DNA of 64,000 bases from Leucoraja ocellata. Taxonomy: Eukaryota. The position numbers were made by a program, and so were the translations under genes. The notes below the pieces were generated by a model. The model worked only from the letters and a program-made list of their open reading frames with translations, was not told where the DNA came from and made no database searches. Of the stretch, positions 13,455 to 26,959 are shown piece after piece (position 1 is the first letter of the stretch; the number at the start of each line of letters is the position of its first letter). The stretch lies in the NCBI GenBank assembly GCA_036785375.1, contig JAWMAR010000243.1, forward strand, positions 2,728,001 through 2,792,000. Direction: 5' to 3'.

Positions 13455-13462
13455 GTACCTAA
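13455..13462 (+). CDS. FNBP1: Predicted alternative terminal coding exon of FNBP1 (…VKG-T*), followed by 3'UTR
   Basis: Branch-point-like CACTAAC at 13417-13423, pyrimidine tract, then ctctag|GTACCTAA. Splicing from the 7114 donor gives GGT ACC TAA, comparable to the short spliced ends of FNBP1 (-KDS) and FNBP1L (-KGS). Confidence 0.62.
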
Positions 13463-16400
13463 GGTGGTGTCATGGTCCATGAATCACGGGCGAGCTGGTA
13501 TACAAGGACACCTTCTCCAGCTTAACAATATTCAAAATGGAAGACTAGCCAGACTGGTTTAGTTTTTAATAATCAAAAGCAAAACCAGCAAGATGAAAAA
13601 ATTATATGATCATAAGGTGCAAGTGCTTGCTCTTATTTCATGGCATGCCATCTATTGCTCGAATTAACTCGGATACTCCGTAAATGTCAAAAATGCAATT
13701 TTCTGATGCATGCCTCTGTCTAAAATTTTGCCCATTTTAAAAATTTTAAAAATATGTGAATTTTGAAATCTACTTTACAGAATACATGTACTTCATCACC
13801 ACAGTAACCGTCCATTGTTTGGGTGGATATTGTTCATTTAATCTTTATTCGAGCCAAGGTACGGGTAGTTCTTGGCTGGGAAGGGATAGTAAAATGACGT
13901 AATTGACAATGTAAGTTAGTTTAGTTGAGTTTGTTCTATATAAGAAGTTAAGGGATCACCTGGGTTGCCACAAAGCATTTTCAGTGTTCAGAAAAACGTC
14001 GCCACTTCAGTGCTAGTCCTATCACAATTGTGATGCTTACAATCTTGGCTTCAGAGGCCTTGAGAGATACATTCATACCTCACTTTTGATGAACTTGCAT
14101 TGCAAACCGCATACATAGTTAATCTTCCCAGAAGATGAAATTATGTGGAGTGACTGGAAGTTGTAAAAAGAAGTCCAACTAACGATTGACTGAAGTGCAG
14201 TTAATTTTCATTCATCCTCAGCTCTACAGAGTTTTTAAGTTTTATATTTGATTTTTCTCTACCTCTTCCACACATATCCAGCCCAGATACCTTGGTAAAA
14301 TAGAGAAACTTCCTGAGGTTTTGCCCATTAAATGCAAAGAAGATACTTGAAGGCCATAGTCCCATTTGCTTGTGAGCATTTAGCCAAGTAGAAAGGTAGA
14401 ATATTTTTAGCGTGGATCAAGTTGTTTTAATTGTCAAAGCATGTAGATACTGGGAATGACAGAGTGGAGCACTTGTGGTCATGCAGTACCTGTATCTGGT
14501 ATTTGGTAGATTTCTTTGTCACCATCACATCACTATTATCATTTTGGTTTGTAGCACTGCCCAACATCAGTCCATCTTTTCCAGTCTGCATGCTCGCCCT
14601 GATGCTCTGCCTGTGCCCACTTTAATGAAAGTTATGGTCACATTTTCTGCGTCATTATTTTGTTGGCTTTAAGAAGTGGAGTTGCTGGTCGTGTGACACG
14701 TTTTTTTCTTGCATGTTCACCTGTGTATTTGTTGGAGTTTCTGCTGCTCTCCCTAAAGCTGCCTACAAACCACTGTGTGCTAACCTGCTGGGGTTTCAGC
14801 TGTTTGTAATCGCTTCTACTCTTAACACCGTCCGAGTGAAAATGTGAAGAAATAGTTGACATTAACCGTGTACACAGAGAGCCAGGAATGAGCGATCCAG
14901 GGAAGCGTCTAGCGCTTGGCTTGCATTTCTGCAAGGGATTTTAGTTTCATGCTGTCCGCTGTTCTTGATTATCGGTGAATGTTCCCCCCCCCCCCCCCCC
15001 CCCCCCCCCAAGTACTGCTGTCTCAATGGTTAAATATACATATACTGCACCTTAAGGTAAAGCAGTCACATCGAATCCCAGATCCATTGTCCCACAGCAA
15101 ATCGAAGTTGAATTAGTAATGAAAGATATGTGAGTAAGAGGTTGTAGTGAACAAATAATCCAAAACTGGTATTATTCCACCTGCCTTCAAATGTGTGCCA
15201 ACTGTGTTCTGAAACCAAGCACTAAGATTTCTGTAGGGATGTGCCTTACCAACTATCACCCTCATGAGGCATGATTGAGATTGGAAAGGCATGTGTGGGA
15301 GGTTGAATGTGTGCTGGTTCTGTCTGGCAGATATTAAAATTAACCAAATAAAGTTTCACACTATTGTGGAAAGTAATTCCCTGTTGACACCAGTGGCACA
15401 TGTTGTTACATTGACAAATGGGACACAATGTCTGGCATTGGTCATGTTGGTCACCCTTTCACCATAGTTGGGTTACAAAGGCTGGCTGATTATTCAGACG
15501 TTTTGATGTTTGTGATCACTCTCGTCAATAATCAGAAATGCAGTGCAAAGCTGCTTTAAGGTGCAGGTCCCACCAAAATGTTAATTCTGAATTTCCCCAA
15601 ACCAGAAAATCATTTATCTTTAAATAATCCAATTACGCTGCAGAAAAAAAACTACACTCATTTGTAGTTCTGTTAATTTTTTTTTAATGTTTCTGAAATA
15701 CATTTTCACAATAGAGACCATGCTTATAAAATTCAGCTGAAACCCTGTGTTTTGTGTCAGTATTATAAATACAACAGTTGCGAAATAAATCAAATACCTC
15801 ATTGATTTCTTAAAAAGACAAAAGTCCAGCTTGGGTTTTGCATTGCACAAACCTTGATCTTACTCCTTCCAAATGTGTGTTTATTTGTTAGTTAATCAGT
15901 AATCATCAGGGTTTATTGTTTATTTTTGTGCAAGGCATTTGTGAAGTACCTTTGTCTTGGTGACTAACTGCACCCAACCAGTGTAGCCACAGCAATGAGG
16001 TGAGGTGGAGAAACTGGAGTCTCGGAGTATCTGACTGTTGAGGCTTGTTAAAGAATATTCAGGAGAAACCAAGACTGTCAATTTGAAACACCCAGGTTTA
16101 CCAATTATGATAACTATAGCCAGTGCTTTATTTGTGACAGTGTTCACCAGAATGTTGTGCCAGTATCTCTAGCATGACACGTTTGTTTATTAATCATGCC
16201 TAGTTAATGGAAAGCATAATTGAATGGAAATTAACATTTGTTTTCAAGTTTTATTTACTAGCTTTAACGGTGATGCCAGATTATTGGTTCTCCTCCTCTT
16301 TACTATTGGAGCTGAGTAATTCTTTAACCCGTAATAGTAATGTCGTTTTTTCCCTAATTCTTGGAATTTGGTCATTACAGAGGAAAGGTAAAGATTATAG

Positions 16401-19400
16401 GATATGGAAGATTAATACGAATCTGAGGGGCAACTTTTTCACACAGAGGGTGGCGGGTGTATGGAACAAGCTGCCAGAGGAGGTAGTTGAGGACAGGTTT
16501 GGAGGGTTATTGACCAAGCGCAGGCAAGTGGGACTAGCACAGCTGGGACATTGTTGGCCAGTGTGGGTGAGTTGGGCTGAAGGGCTTGTTTCCACACTGT
16601 AGTACTCTATGACTCTACATAGACAGTTGGAGATGGAAAGCCTCACGGTTAGAGTTTGGCAGTAGCAAGATTATTTTTGAATAAACATAGTTTCACTCCT
16701 GTAAACTTAGTTGACCAGATGAAAATGGCTGTATGGCTTCCCTGACTTTCAGTTGTAACTTACAATTATGACATTTAAAAGATATTTAGACAGATATATG
16801 GATGGAAAACATTTAGGGGGATATGAGCTAAATCCAAACCAGTGGCATTGGTCCAATTTTCCAATATGGTCAGCATGATCTAGGTGGGCCGAAGGGTCTG
16901 TTTCCGTGCTGTTCAGTGCTGGAACTCTACTGATAAGGAACCTAGAGTCGGCTTTCAGTATTTAGGCCTGTTGCTTCTGCCTCGACAATGGAAGATGAGA
17001 AGTAACCTCAACCAAACTGTTTGCAAATATAGATTGGGTCCATAACAGTCTGGTATTAAATGCAGAGAATAATAAAAAAGGAACTAAATAAATATAGTTG
17101 GCAGTACCTAGCAAATTATTGTATCATAGTCAGAAATAGAATGTGAAACTCCAAGCAGTTAGAACACTTAAAGTGGAAAAACCAACAATAAAACCTAATG
17201 AACTTACTTAAAGACGTGACGCACATGGAAGGACCAAGAAAAACTTATCTCAATATTTTGCTTTCCTCTTGGCACCTGTTGTATTAAAAAAAAGCTGCAA
17301 TGTTTTTTAATTTCTGTTTCTGGATGAGCAGAGAACTCTCCACATGCTGTGATGTTTACTTTTTGGTTTTGGACTTTGCCTATCCCCAGTGATGTGCAAG
17401 AGCCCGTGTCCTGATTTTGATAATAATTTAAAAATTAATATATTGTTAATTTATTAACAAGAGTTCAATTCAAGTGCCATTGCAAAAAAAAAAAAAAAAA
17501 ATCATTTTTCTGCCGATTTGATTCTAGAATTCAAAGTTTCCTGCTAATGTATTGTTCCCAGTGTGTCTGGGAGTTCTGTAAGTCCGCTTTCCTTTTTTTT
17601 AATTTTTATTTTTTATTTAATTATTTCTTTATTCTGCGCATCGTGAAATTAACTGGTGAGCGATATTTTGCATGTTGCATATATGCAATGAATGCAGCGG
17701 AATGGGCTATTTCAAAATTCCTAATGACCTTGTTCATCTAATTCTTGGCGAAGTGCATTCTCTCTGTTGGCGTAAGAGACCAATTCCTCAATCTTCCTTA
17801 TTGATTACTTTCTTCATCATGGCAGTCGCTTCTCGAAATCGAGATGCTACAACTCGGCCCCCTTGCCTTGCCTTGCCTTCTTATGAAACGCCTCCATTGA
17901 GGATTTTTCTTTTCCTGCCGGAAAGAAACGCTCTGCTTAAGTCTGGTTGTTGAAAGCTTTTTGATCAATTGACTTGAAGCAGCTTGCATGGTTTTTCTCT
18001 GGGAAGATTGCGTTAAACTGCCGGCTATCTTTGGCTCGGCCACTAGGCCACCACGACCCGCCATTTTGTGACCCGCCTCTGGCCTTTAGATAACAGTGAG
18101 AATAACTGCCGAGGAGGCATGTTTGCACAGGGTCATTGACTTTGACACACTGTTCTGTCGGGGTGGAGTCAAATGTGGGATTTCCTTAAGACATGCTGAG
18201 CTGTTACTTATCAGTGAAACTGATTCAGAACTCATGTGAACCAACTCAAATTAATTATTGAGAATGAAACTTTGTGCATCATGGTTGAACGTGGCTATCA
18301 CACTGGGACAGCAGAGCCAAAACTGAAAAGGAAGTAAAAGTACATTGCTTTAAGATGTTTTTAATTCATTTGTGTATGGCTTGTTGTTGTGAATTGTACA
18401 CTTGTTTGCATATTATTTCTCCCCCACAATCTAAAGATCTATACTTGCCAGCTTTCCTAAGCAAATATCATCCTAATCATGCAGCGTATGTACATCGCTG
18501 TTGAATTCACTCTGTTGTATATTTCAACCTTTTAAAACAAAAAAAAAAGATCTATACATACAAATATACACTTTGCAATTGAGTTACAGATTTATACAAC
18601 CATTCACAATTTAAACATAGGTGTCTGTGGTACAATTTAGTAATTGTACAGGACATGGTTCAATTAGGAATTCAGTTCTTATTTTGCCCTTGTGACTGCA
18701 TCTGGGTGTTTAAAATGTTGCTTAATAGTAGAAATTGGTATTTAGAATGATTGTAGTTTGATATGTTACAAGATTTAATTTTGAAACAATGTTTACACTT
18801 CAAGTTACTGACAGCGCTGTTTAAAATGTTGGTAATCCTGCTGCCTGCCTGCTCTCTTACACAGCCTAGAAACATAATGTTAAAAAATGAAAGCTACCCG
18901 CCTTGAATTTGCTCCAGTACAAATATCAATCATTTAGTTTCAAATAGATACCATAGGAAAAAGTGGTTAAGTGAACTTCATATCGTCTTTCAGCAGTCCA
19001 AAGCTACTTGCTCTGTTTGCTTTTGCTAAGTTAGTTTGTTCTCTCTGTCTCTTGCAGCTGACTTTGACGATGAGTTGATTATGTGCTTTTGCTTTTGTGT
19101 GGTTGATTATTTTGGCCACCTTTTGTCTGTTTGTTGAACTCTCTCCCGCTGGCTTCTCAGCACTCTGCATAAAAAGTGATTCTTTAATATGAAATATTTT
19201 TCCTTTAATTGCCTTCATGAAAATGTTTATACAAGGATTAAAGGTGACTCTGATCTCGTTAATCGCCGTGCTGGTTTGAACTGTATTGCATTTTCTGTGA
19301 TAAACGTATATTCAAACATTTTATAGACTGTGGTTACTAATGTATTTATTTGTAATTAATGCACAAAAATTGAGAACGTATTAGCACTATACAGTACATA

Positions 19401-22400
19401 TCATTTATAGAAGTTTCATGATTGGTTTTGTTTCCTATTTTAAGAAATATTTTTATCTACAAAGTTTAAGTACTCATTATTGAGTGGCAAATGTACTTGT
19501 TACACTTTCTATATCATGTGTCTCCCCAAGATAAAAGTTTTTGAGAGTGAGCTGCTTTTGCAAGAAGTCCAGTTTCGTAACCACTTAGTTAATTTAAACT
19601 CAATTTTTCGAAGGTTTAACATTCTATAAGCGTGAGTATGTTCACAGACAAGGAAGCACCCAGGCACATTTATAACATTGGGAACATAATACAATAATAC
19701 AAACTCAGCTGCATAGTTGTAATTGCAATTGCCAAACTTAATCAAACAGCTCACCAAATAGAGAGAAAAAACTTTTCATTCCAAAATAATTACTACCCCC
19801 CCCCCCCCCCCCCCCCCCATCAATTGTGAATAAAGTGACATCCATTCATCTTATGATACAAAAACTCAGGAAAGATGGCAAGTATTGAGAATTTATTCTG
19901 ATGGCTGACAGCTAACGTTTACAAAGAAACAGTTTTTCGCAAAACTACCACAAACTCATATTTTTATAACGCACTATAACACCAGCAGTTATCCAAACTC
20001 CTGACCTTGTAGTTTGAAACCATAGTTTGCAATTTAATGTGGTTTAATGCTGGTTGATTGTTAGTGGATGGGATTTCCTTATGTAAATCTCAGTGCGCTG
20101 CTGAAAACCAGGTTTTCCTTGTAATATTCTTAAACTGTGATGGTAATTGAGGAGCCTCTTAAGCAGAATGTTGTAGACATGACTGTTGTTATTTTTAGTT
20201 CCTGGATCTTGCATCAGTTTATAGATTAAGCTGTCTGAGGTCAGTTGTTCTGCTGCCGCACGGCAAAACATGAGAATTTATTTTGCTTTTTACCTTTAAA
20301 TTCTTGTAAGCCGTACAATATGAGCCCGAATTAGGAATGTTACACATTACTGAGTTTTATTCCCTTTCATTGTGTGAATATTTTGGAGAAAAATGTTAAC
20401 AATTTTTTTTTTTTTTTTTTTTTTTTAAACCATCTGGAAAAAGTTGTTTCTTAAGTTGAAGGTTATAGCTGTGCATTGGTTAGACATGAAAACTGTATTT
20501 GCTATTTTTATATCGTGTCGCTTTCTTCCTTGCCACCTTTGACCTCCAGATGTAGCCAATTAAACCCTAAATGTTTTTTTTTTTGATTTTATATTTAACG
20601 ATATTTACAAAAATATTATAATTGTGCACTTTTGTTATGCCTTGTTTCCGAGCACTGAGTTTGTTGTGATTATTTTACCCTGTACAATGTGCCATTTTGG
20701 AAGTTCCATTTACCCAGTTTAATGCTGTGGTGTTTGTGTTTGCAAAATCTTCACCCCCACATTAGAGGAATCATCTGAAAGGCAAACGTACAAATGTTGG
20801 ATTTTTTTTTTAAAAAGCAGAAGATGCTCATTTATTTCTGAATGAGGCAAATTGAGAAATATTTAAAGAAAACTGGTCATCCATTAATAATGTGATATTG
20901 TTTTCAGGAAACTCTTTACAGATATTCCTTTAGTCTTCTTAAGGTAAAAAGAAGTAAGATCAAACTGGAGTAGGTTCCTGGGGTAGAATTACTTATACTA
21001 AGTCCACATTTAGTATTTGCTTGCAGCGATATTATTTCTTATCTGAGCTAAAAAAAACAACTTGTTTAATGTTCCACCATATCTAATTTTAAATTGGTTC
21101 ATGCAAGCCAAAAGGAAATGTATCCAGGGTAATATCCTGCAGTGTGGAGTGGTGAGGGCAAATTACTTCTTATCTCATTATATAAATTAAACTATTTTAT
21201 ATTACTGAGCAAAAACATCCAACAATTGGGAGTGCTGAAGTTATTGAACTTCACTGCAATGAGTGCAGAGTGAGTAGCAGTGTAAGTGAGACACGGTAGC
21301 ATTCCAAATGCAACGGAACGCCAGTGAACTTGAAATTTATTTTAATAAAATTGCATTGAGAAAAAATAATCTTATATTTTTTAAACGAGTAAATTGGTGG
21401 ATAAAATATGTGCTTGAAAAGGATTTAAAATTTATGCCAATTCTGGACCGATATCAACATGTTATTCCTGGAATTCTTACAGAATCAGAATTGCAGTGAT
21501 CTTTGGAGGTAAAGTGTGCCAATTCAAGAGAATTCAGTCTGCTTGCAATAGGAAAGAGCTGAGGGAGAAAAAAGTTTATAAGGATGGGGCCAATGCACTG
21601 ATGGAACAGTTATAAAGATATATTTTTTGCATAGAAATACTGCATTTGGAATGTTAATGGTTTTACAAACCATTGTCTCACTCTCTGCACCTGAAATGAG
21701 CTACCTAGAAGTTTTTAAATGGCAATTCGAAAACAAATAGGAAATCTAAAGCATTTACATTGAAATAGGTTTTTTTTCTGTACATTTCTGCATTTTGAGA
21801 TCAGAAGATGTTAATAAGTTTGTCAATGATTGTCCTCACCATCAAAGAAACCATGGAGCCAAAGTATCATGTGTTCATTTCATCTGGCTTTGGATGTGGT
21901 AAACGTGGCCGGCATCTGAATATTGGACTGCAGATACTGTGAGTGAAAAGTTATACGATGCATAGTTGACTTATCAACGCTGTGTAGCAATCAGCATGAG
22001 CTTATGGAACAAGACCAATGTGATATTAGAAGATCAGAGTGCACTTTAGCATCTGGAAGGATGGAACAAAACTGAATAAATTGTGGCATCAGCGATCCTT
22101 CATGGGGGAAAATGCAACGTATGGAAAAGTAGACATTTCATTCTGTAACAGCTTGCATTTCAGCTTGTGATTTAACAAAATGTTCTTTTATTATTCATTG
22201 AGTTTGCCAAACATGAAATCGACATCTTTAGTTTCCCTTTCTAAAGATTTAAATGAACAAATCCTGGCTTGAAATAAGTTGAAAGTTTAATTAAACAGCT
22301 TATTTGAACATGTAAAAACGAGTTGTGTGGACTTAATTTCTTGCTTCTGTGATAGAACCTGGCGTTGAAATCATCCGAACGGGGAAGCGGTGATCTTCAT

Positions 22401-24799
22401 CTTGTCGATAACCCCATGCAGTTTGTTACAGAATGTAACATTTTAATTGTGAATTACTATTTTACATCAATTAACAACTGAGAACTTATTAGACTCATTC
22501 CGTGGACCATTATTTCTGGTGAAATGTTCTAGATTTGTCTGGGGGGGAAAAAGGGTCCAGACCTGAAACATTCCCTCCACAGATGCTGCCTGACCTGCTG
22601 AGTTCCTCCAGCACTTTGTGTTTTAGTCAAGGCAGGTAGTGATTGTGCTGATCAAAATAGAAGGGAAAGGACACAACTTATATATGTCGTGATACTTTAA
22701 ATCGTGCCCATTGTAGGACTAATGCCTAGTGGAAACATCCACCATGTAAGTAGCACAAAATACTTGGGGAGAGGAATGGAGGAAGGAAAGTGTAGAATAT
22801 TGACTACCTTTCCCTGTAACTCACAATGTTAGTATCCAAATAAAGAGCATATATTATAACATATTTAAAGATGTTCATAATAGCATGATAAAACACAGTT
22901 ATCAGGTTGTGTTTTCCTGGTTTAAAGTGTTAGTCTTTTGCCAAGGTATAGTTTTACGTATCATTTTGTGTTTAAGACTCTGACAGTTTCAGTAAAGCAG
23001 ATTTTGTCAGTTTATCGTGTACTATTACCCCTCAAGGTAGCCTCAATATTTTCCACATTATGTGAGAAATGTGACTGATGGTTTCTTAAGAAGCAGTGAC
23101 AAAAGCTCATGGATAAATGCTCTTGGACATATTCAGGTAAAGTATGCAGGAGCACAAACAAAGCGCGAGAGGAACTTGCAATGCAGGAAAGGTTTAGAGG
23201 GATATGGGCCAAACACAGGCAAATGGGACTTGCTTTGATGCGCCACCTTGGTCGGCATGGATGTGTTGGACCGAATGGCCTCTTTTCAGTGCTGTGTGAC
23301 TACCAGCTCAGGAAACATTTGCGGAGTGAAATGGACAGATGACATTTTGGGTTGAGACTCTTCTTCAGACTACACATGACTATAATAGTGAGTCCGGATC
23401 GGACCGTGGCAGGAGAGCAGGAGGAATCATAGAGGGGGAGCAGTGAGAGGGGTCGCACAGAACCCTTGTCTTGGAGAGGAGGAGAACTTCCTTAAAGTGG
23501 GCGAACTTTGAGTAGGCTTTGCATGGAGTAGTAAAATATAGACATTAGAGGTTGGAGATGCTGGAGTCTGGTACCACAGAGAGGAAGGTCAGTTTTCTCT
23601 CAGTTCTGCTGCAGAGTATCACCCTGAAATGTCAACACATACCTTCTGCCTCCACAGATGCTGCCTGACCTGCTGAGTTCCTTCAGTGAATAAAAATGCT
23701 GGAGGAATTCAGTAGGTCAGGCAGCATGTGTAAAGGGAATGAACAGGGACACTTTAGACAGAACAATTTAGGAGAAAGATCATGTATGTGGGAATACCAT
23801 CTACAACTTATTCCACTGTGTTTCGTGCTTACAACACAAGTCAGGCAGCATGATTTAGGAATTCATTTAATTTGCTCATTGTTTGCTTCTCTGTGTCTGT
23901 ATTGTAGTCTGCACTTGTTTGACACCAGATGATTAACCCAATTAGTTTTTTACCAATCATTCAAATTAAAAGTCTTTTAAACCTTAGCTGCATTCGGCTG
24001 AAATAGATTGAAGAAATGACACAGATTTATCATGTGTATTCCTATTTATTATTCCAGCATGCATAGTTTGGAAAAAAATCTTTAAAGCAAACAGTTTAAT
24101 TATTTTGAATGTTTCACTCATACAGGGCAGGCTAATTAACCCTATCTTTGTAATAAGCCTTTAAGTACACTATCACGAGTGTTGTTTAATTGTGAGCTCC
24201 CTAATTAGTTTGATATGGATTATACAGTCAGCAGGTACTGCACTAAAGAGATTTTCCATCCTAATGTAGGCTATAGTGTGGAAGACATGATGGCAGAGGT
24301 AGGTCAGTACAGATTCTTAGTCTCCTGGACCCTTCTCATCATGATTATTCAGTTCTCTCTCTTGCCTTCCATTATTGGCATCAGTCTTCATAGAAACATA
24401 GAAAATAGGTGCAGGAGGAGGCCATTCGGCCCTTCGAGTCAGCACCGCCATGCCGATATTCATGCCAATATTCACCTTGCCTAAATCTGAGACTCCACTG
24501 AATCTGCAAATCCTGGGACTTTGCCCAATATTCTGACTGGCAATGCTCTGGGAGATGAAGGCAGGCCTCCAACACCAAAGGAATCGATGAGGAAATTAAA
24601 CTGGATTTTTAATCCGTGTTGCCATGCGCAAGCAGATGTGAATGTTCTAAAAGATGCCAACTTGGGTATCAGAACCCGTGTCCCAGTCCCCATTGCCAGA
24701 ACTACAGAAAAACATTCGAACCATACACCTTCTGACCTGAAAGTTGTCACTAAGTCAGAAGAATATTCTTGACGGAAGGTAATTGAAGGAATCTATAGC

Positions 24800-25185
24800 A
24801 GGTGCTCCTTCAAAGGTCAGCCATTATCATCAAAGACCCACACCTCTCTGGCCATGCTCTCATCTCAATGGTGTCGCCGTGAAGAAGGTAAGGAGCTTGA
24901 AAACTGACCTCCGGGTCAAAATAGCATCTTCCCAGCAACCTTCAGTCTCTTGAACACTACACAATGCTAAGCTCAGCAACCAGGATCTTCTATGGGTGAT
25001 TGCACTGCGGACTTTGGCTTTGAACTTTTATGGTAACCAACTATTAGTTATTACTTTATTGTATTATTGATCATTATGTATTTCTCTGTATTATTGCATT
25101 TACAAGCCTGTAAAACCGCAGCAAGTAAGAATTTCATTGTTCTGTTGCCGGTACATAGGACAATTAAACACTTGATTCTTGACTG
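24800..25185 (+). mobile_element. Non-LTR element 3' fragment (Rex1/RTE-like). Related pieces at ~4618-4850 (-), ~35620-35690 (-) and an RT-like piece at ~46215-46550
   Basis: aaagacccacac...gaagaaggta..agcttgaaa, then tail aagaatttcattgttc...acaattaaacac(ttga)n, whose reverse complement occurs at 4620-4680. Family assignment is tentative. Confidence 0.55.
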
Positions 25186-26282
25186 AGAGGTTTTAAACTT
25201 CTCCCAAATCTGAGGTTTCCGTGGAACTATCCCGGAGCTAGTTAAGAATTGTATATTAGGGTGTAACTTAAGCGGTACCTGAGATTTTCTATGCAAATAT
25301 CAATTCACTCAGACTGGAGTAAACCACCTGAAGTGAAATGTTTTGCATTGTGGCTGGGCAGAGCTCCACTTGTTTCTGCCAACGTGACTTGAGAGACATT
25401 TTCCTCTCAGCATGAAGGAAGTATTGAAGGATACCCTAAAATATCTCCTTTTTGGCATTTGATCCCTCAATTTCTTCACTGTTAGTTAATGGAGGGAAGG
25501 GGAGTGCAGTCATATGTTATAGTGGTTCCAACCATCCCTTAGCACTCTGGAAGTAGTAGATTGCCAGGAGAATGATATTGCAGTGATGTCTGTAAGGAAT
25601 TGTAGAATTCAAGCTGTCAAAGTTCCAATCTATTCAACACTTCATATTCCAGTTATGATTTTCAATATTCCTTTTTTGCTCCTCTTCTATCGTAATTTAC
25701 AATCCTTGCCATGAGGAGCCACCTCACATGCCTTGTATGTCACTGCAAGTCTACATCATCCGACTGAATAAGGGAGCACAAAATAGTTGCTGCTGCCTTA
25801 ATCACTGTGATTGCCATGGATAACTTGAATGTCAAGTATCAACTTCTTGGCATGTCTTGGCCCTAATCATGGGGACTTGGGGAGTTGTCCCTGAGGCCAC
25901 GACTCGCTTTTCACTTATTTAATGTTAATTATAGGTTTTGTGAGCGCACTGGAATCTTGCACAACACTGAAGCCGCCATTAATTCTCCCTCCTATTCAAC
26001 CTTTTGTCATCACAGGTTATCTCTTCCTCCTTCAAATCAACTGCCCATTTCCATTTCTGTCCGCAGCCTCTGCTCACTAACTGTCATTCAATCTCTGATC
26101 TCGGCATGCATTGCAAAGAAAACCTTGTATTACAGGTATCAGAACCCGTGTCCCAGTCCCCGGAGGGGAAGCACTATTACATGTAATAAGCTACTATGAT
26201 ATTTTTAATACAACTCAATACATACATTTTTGCCTTCATCATGTTACAGGGAAAATTAATAATTATATTATTTAATCAATTT

Positions 26283-26500
26283 TATTTTGACTGACCTTTG
26301 ACTTATTCAGGACATTGAGCCTGCAGCACAGCATACTTAGAGATAAGTTGTTTTGGCCTTCCATCACAGCGATGTGATGGATGTTTATGTAAATTATGTT
26401 GTGTCTTGGGTCTATTTGTTTGTAATGTATGACTGCAGAAACGGCATTTCGTTTGGACCTCAAGGGGTCCAAATGACAATTAAATTGAATCTTGAATCTT
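26283..26500 (+). mobile_element. Non-LTR 3' end with terminal stem-loop and (GAATCTT)n tail; related short end at 13210-13304
   Basis: atttcg-TTTGGACC-tcaagg-GGTCCAAA-tgacaattaaa-ttgaatcttgaatctt. The internal part resembles the reverse complement of 36160-36205. Confidence 0.6.
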
Positions 26501-26959
26501 ATCAGAGTTATAAGGTAAAGTGTAAAAATATGGAAATAACAGTTACATTTTAAATGCTTTTTAATCAGTACTGTGCCCATCATTCAGTCTGGAGAGCAAT
26601 AAAGCTCCATGAAGAACTCTGGAGAGGTACCTACTGACTTTCACTAAGAACAATATCGCCCATCAATGGCTGAGTTCTGTGAATCTTGGTTTTAAAATTA
26701 CATTCCACAAAATACTTTTAACATTTGAAGTAGTGTTGTATCGGAAGTCTGAACATCAGACAATGTGGAAGAGGCTTTCATCCAATCCACTTTTTGTCAA
26801 TGTTTTAGGACAGTCACAGACAATTGTGTGGATTGGCAGAGTTATGACAGTAATTGATGGTGAGGCTGAGTTGGTGTTGCAGTTTCTTGTTATTGCCAGC
26901 AGGTAGCAGCATTGAGCTATTAGCGGCTCCAGGCAGGTGGGGGATTCCATTCAATGATT

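Noticed and set aside
17900-17965. TTTTTCTTTTCCTG resembling the MALAT1/NEAT1 triple-helix U-rich motif, and AAAAAGCAGAAGATGCT near 20812
   Set aside because: No second U-rich strand closing a hairpin and no tRNA-like (mascRNA) structure; the two pieces are ~3 kb apart.
19055-19140. Strong-looking acceptor (ctctgtctcttgcag) giving ADFDDEL... if joined to the FNBP1 7114 donor
   Set aside because: The resulting tail does not resemble known FNBP1 ends, and the DFDDE likeness is probably chance. The 13455 acceptor fits better, though this one cannot be excluded without RNA data.
24521-24772. 83-aa ORF as an intervening gene
   Set aside because: No recognisable domain, no ATG start, and it is flanked by LINE fragments.
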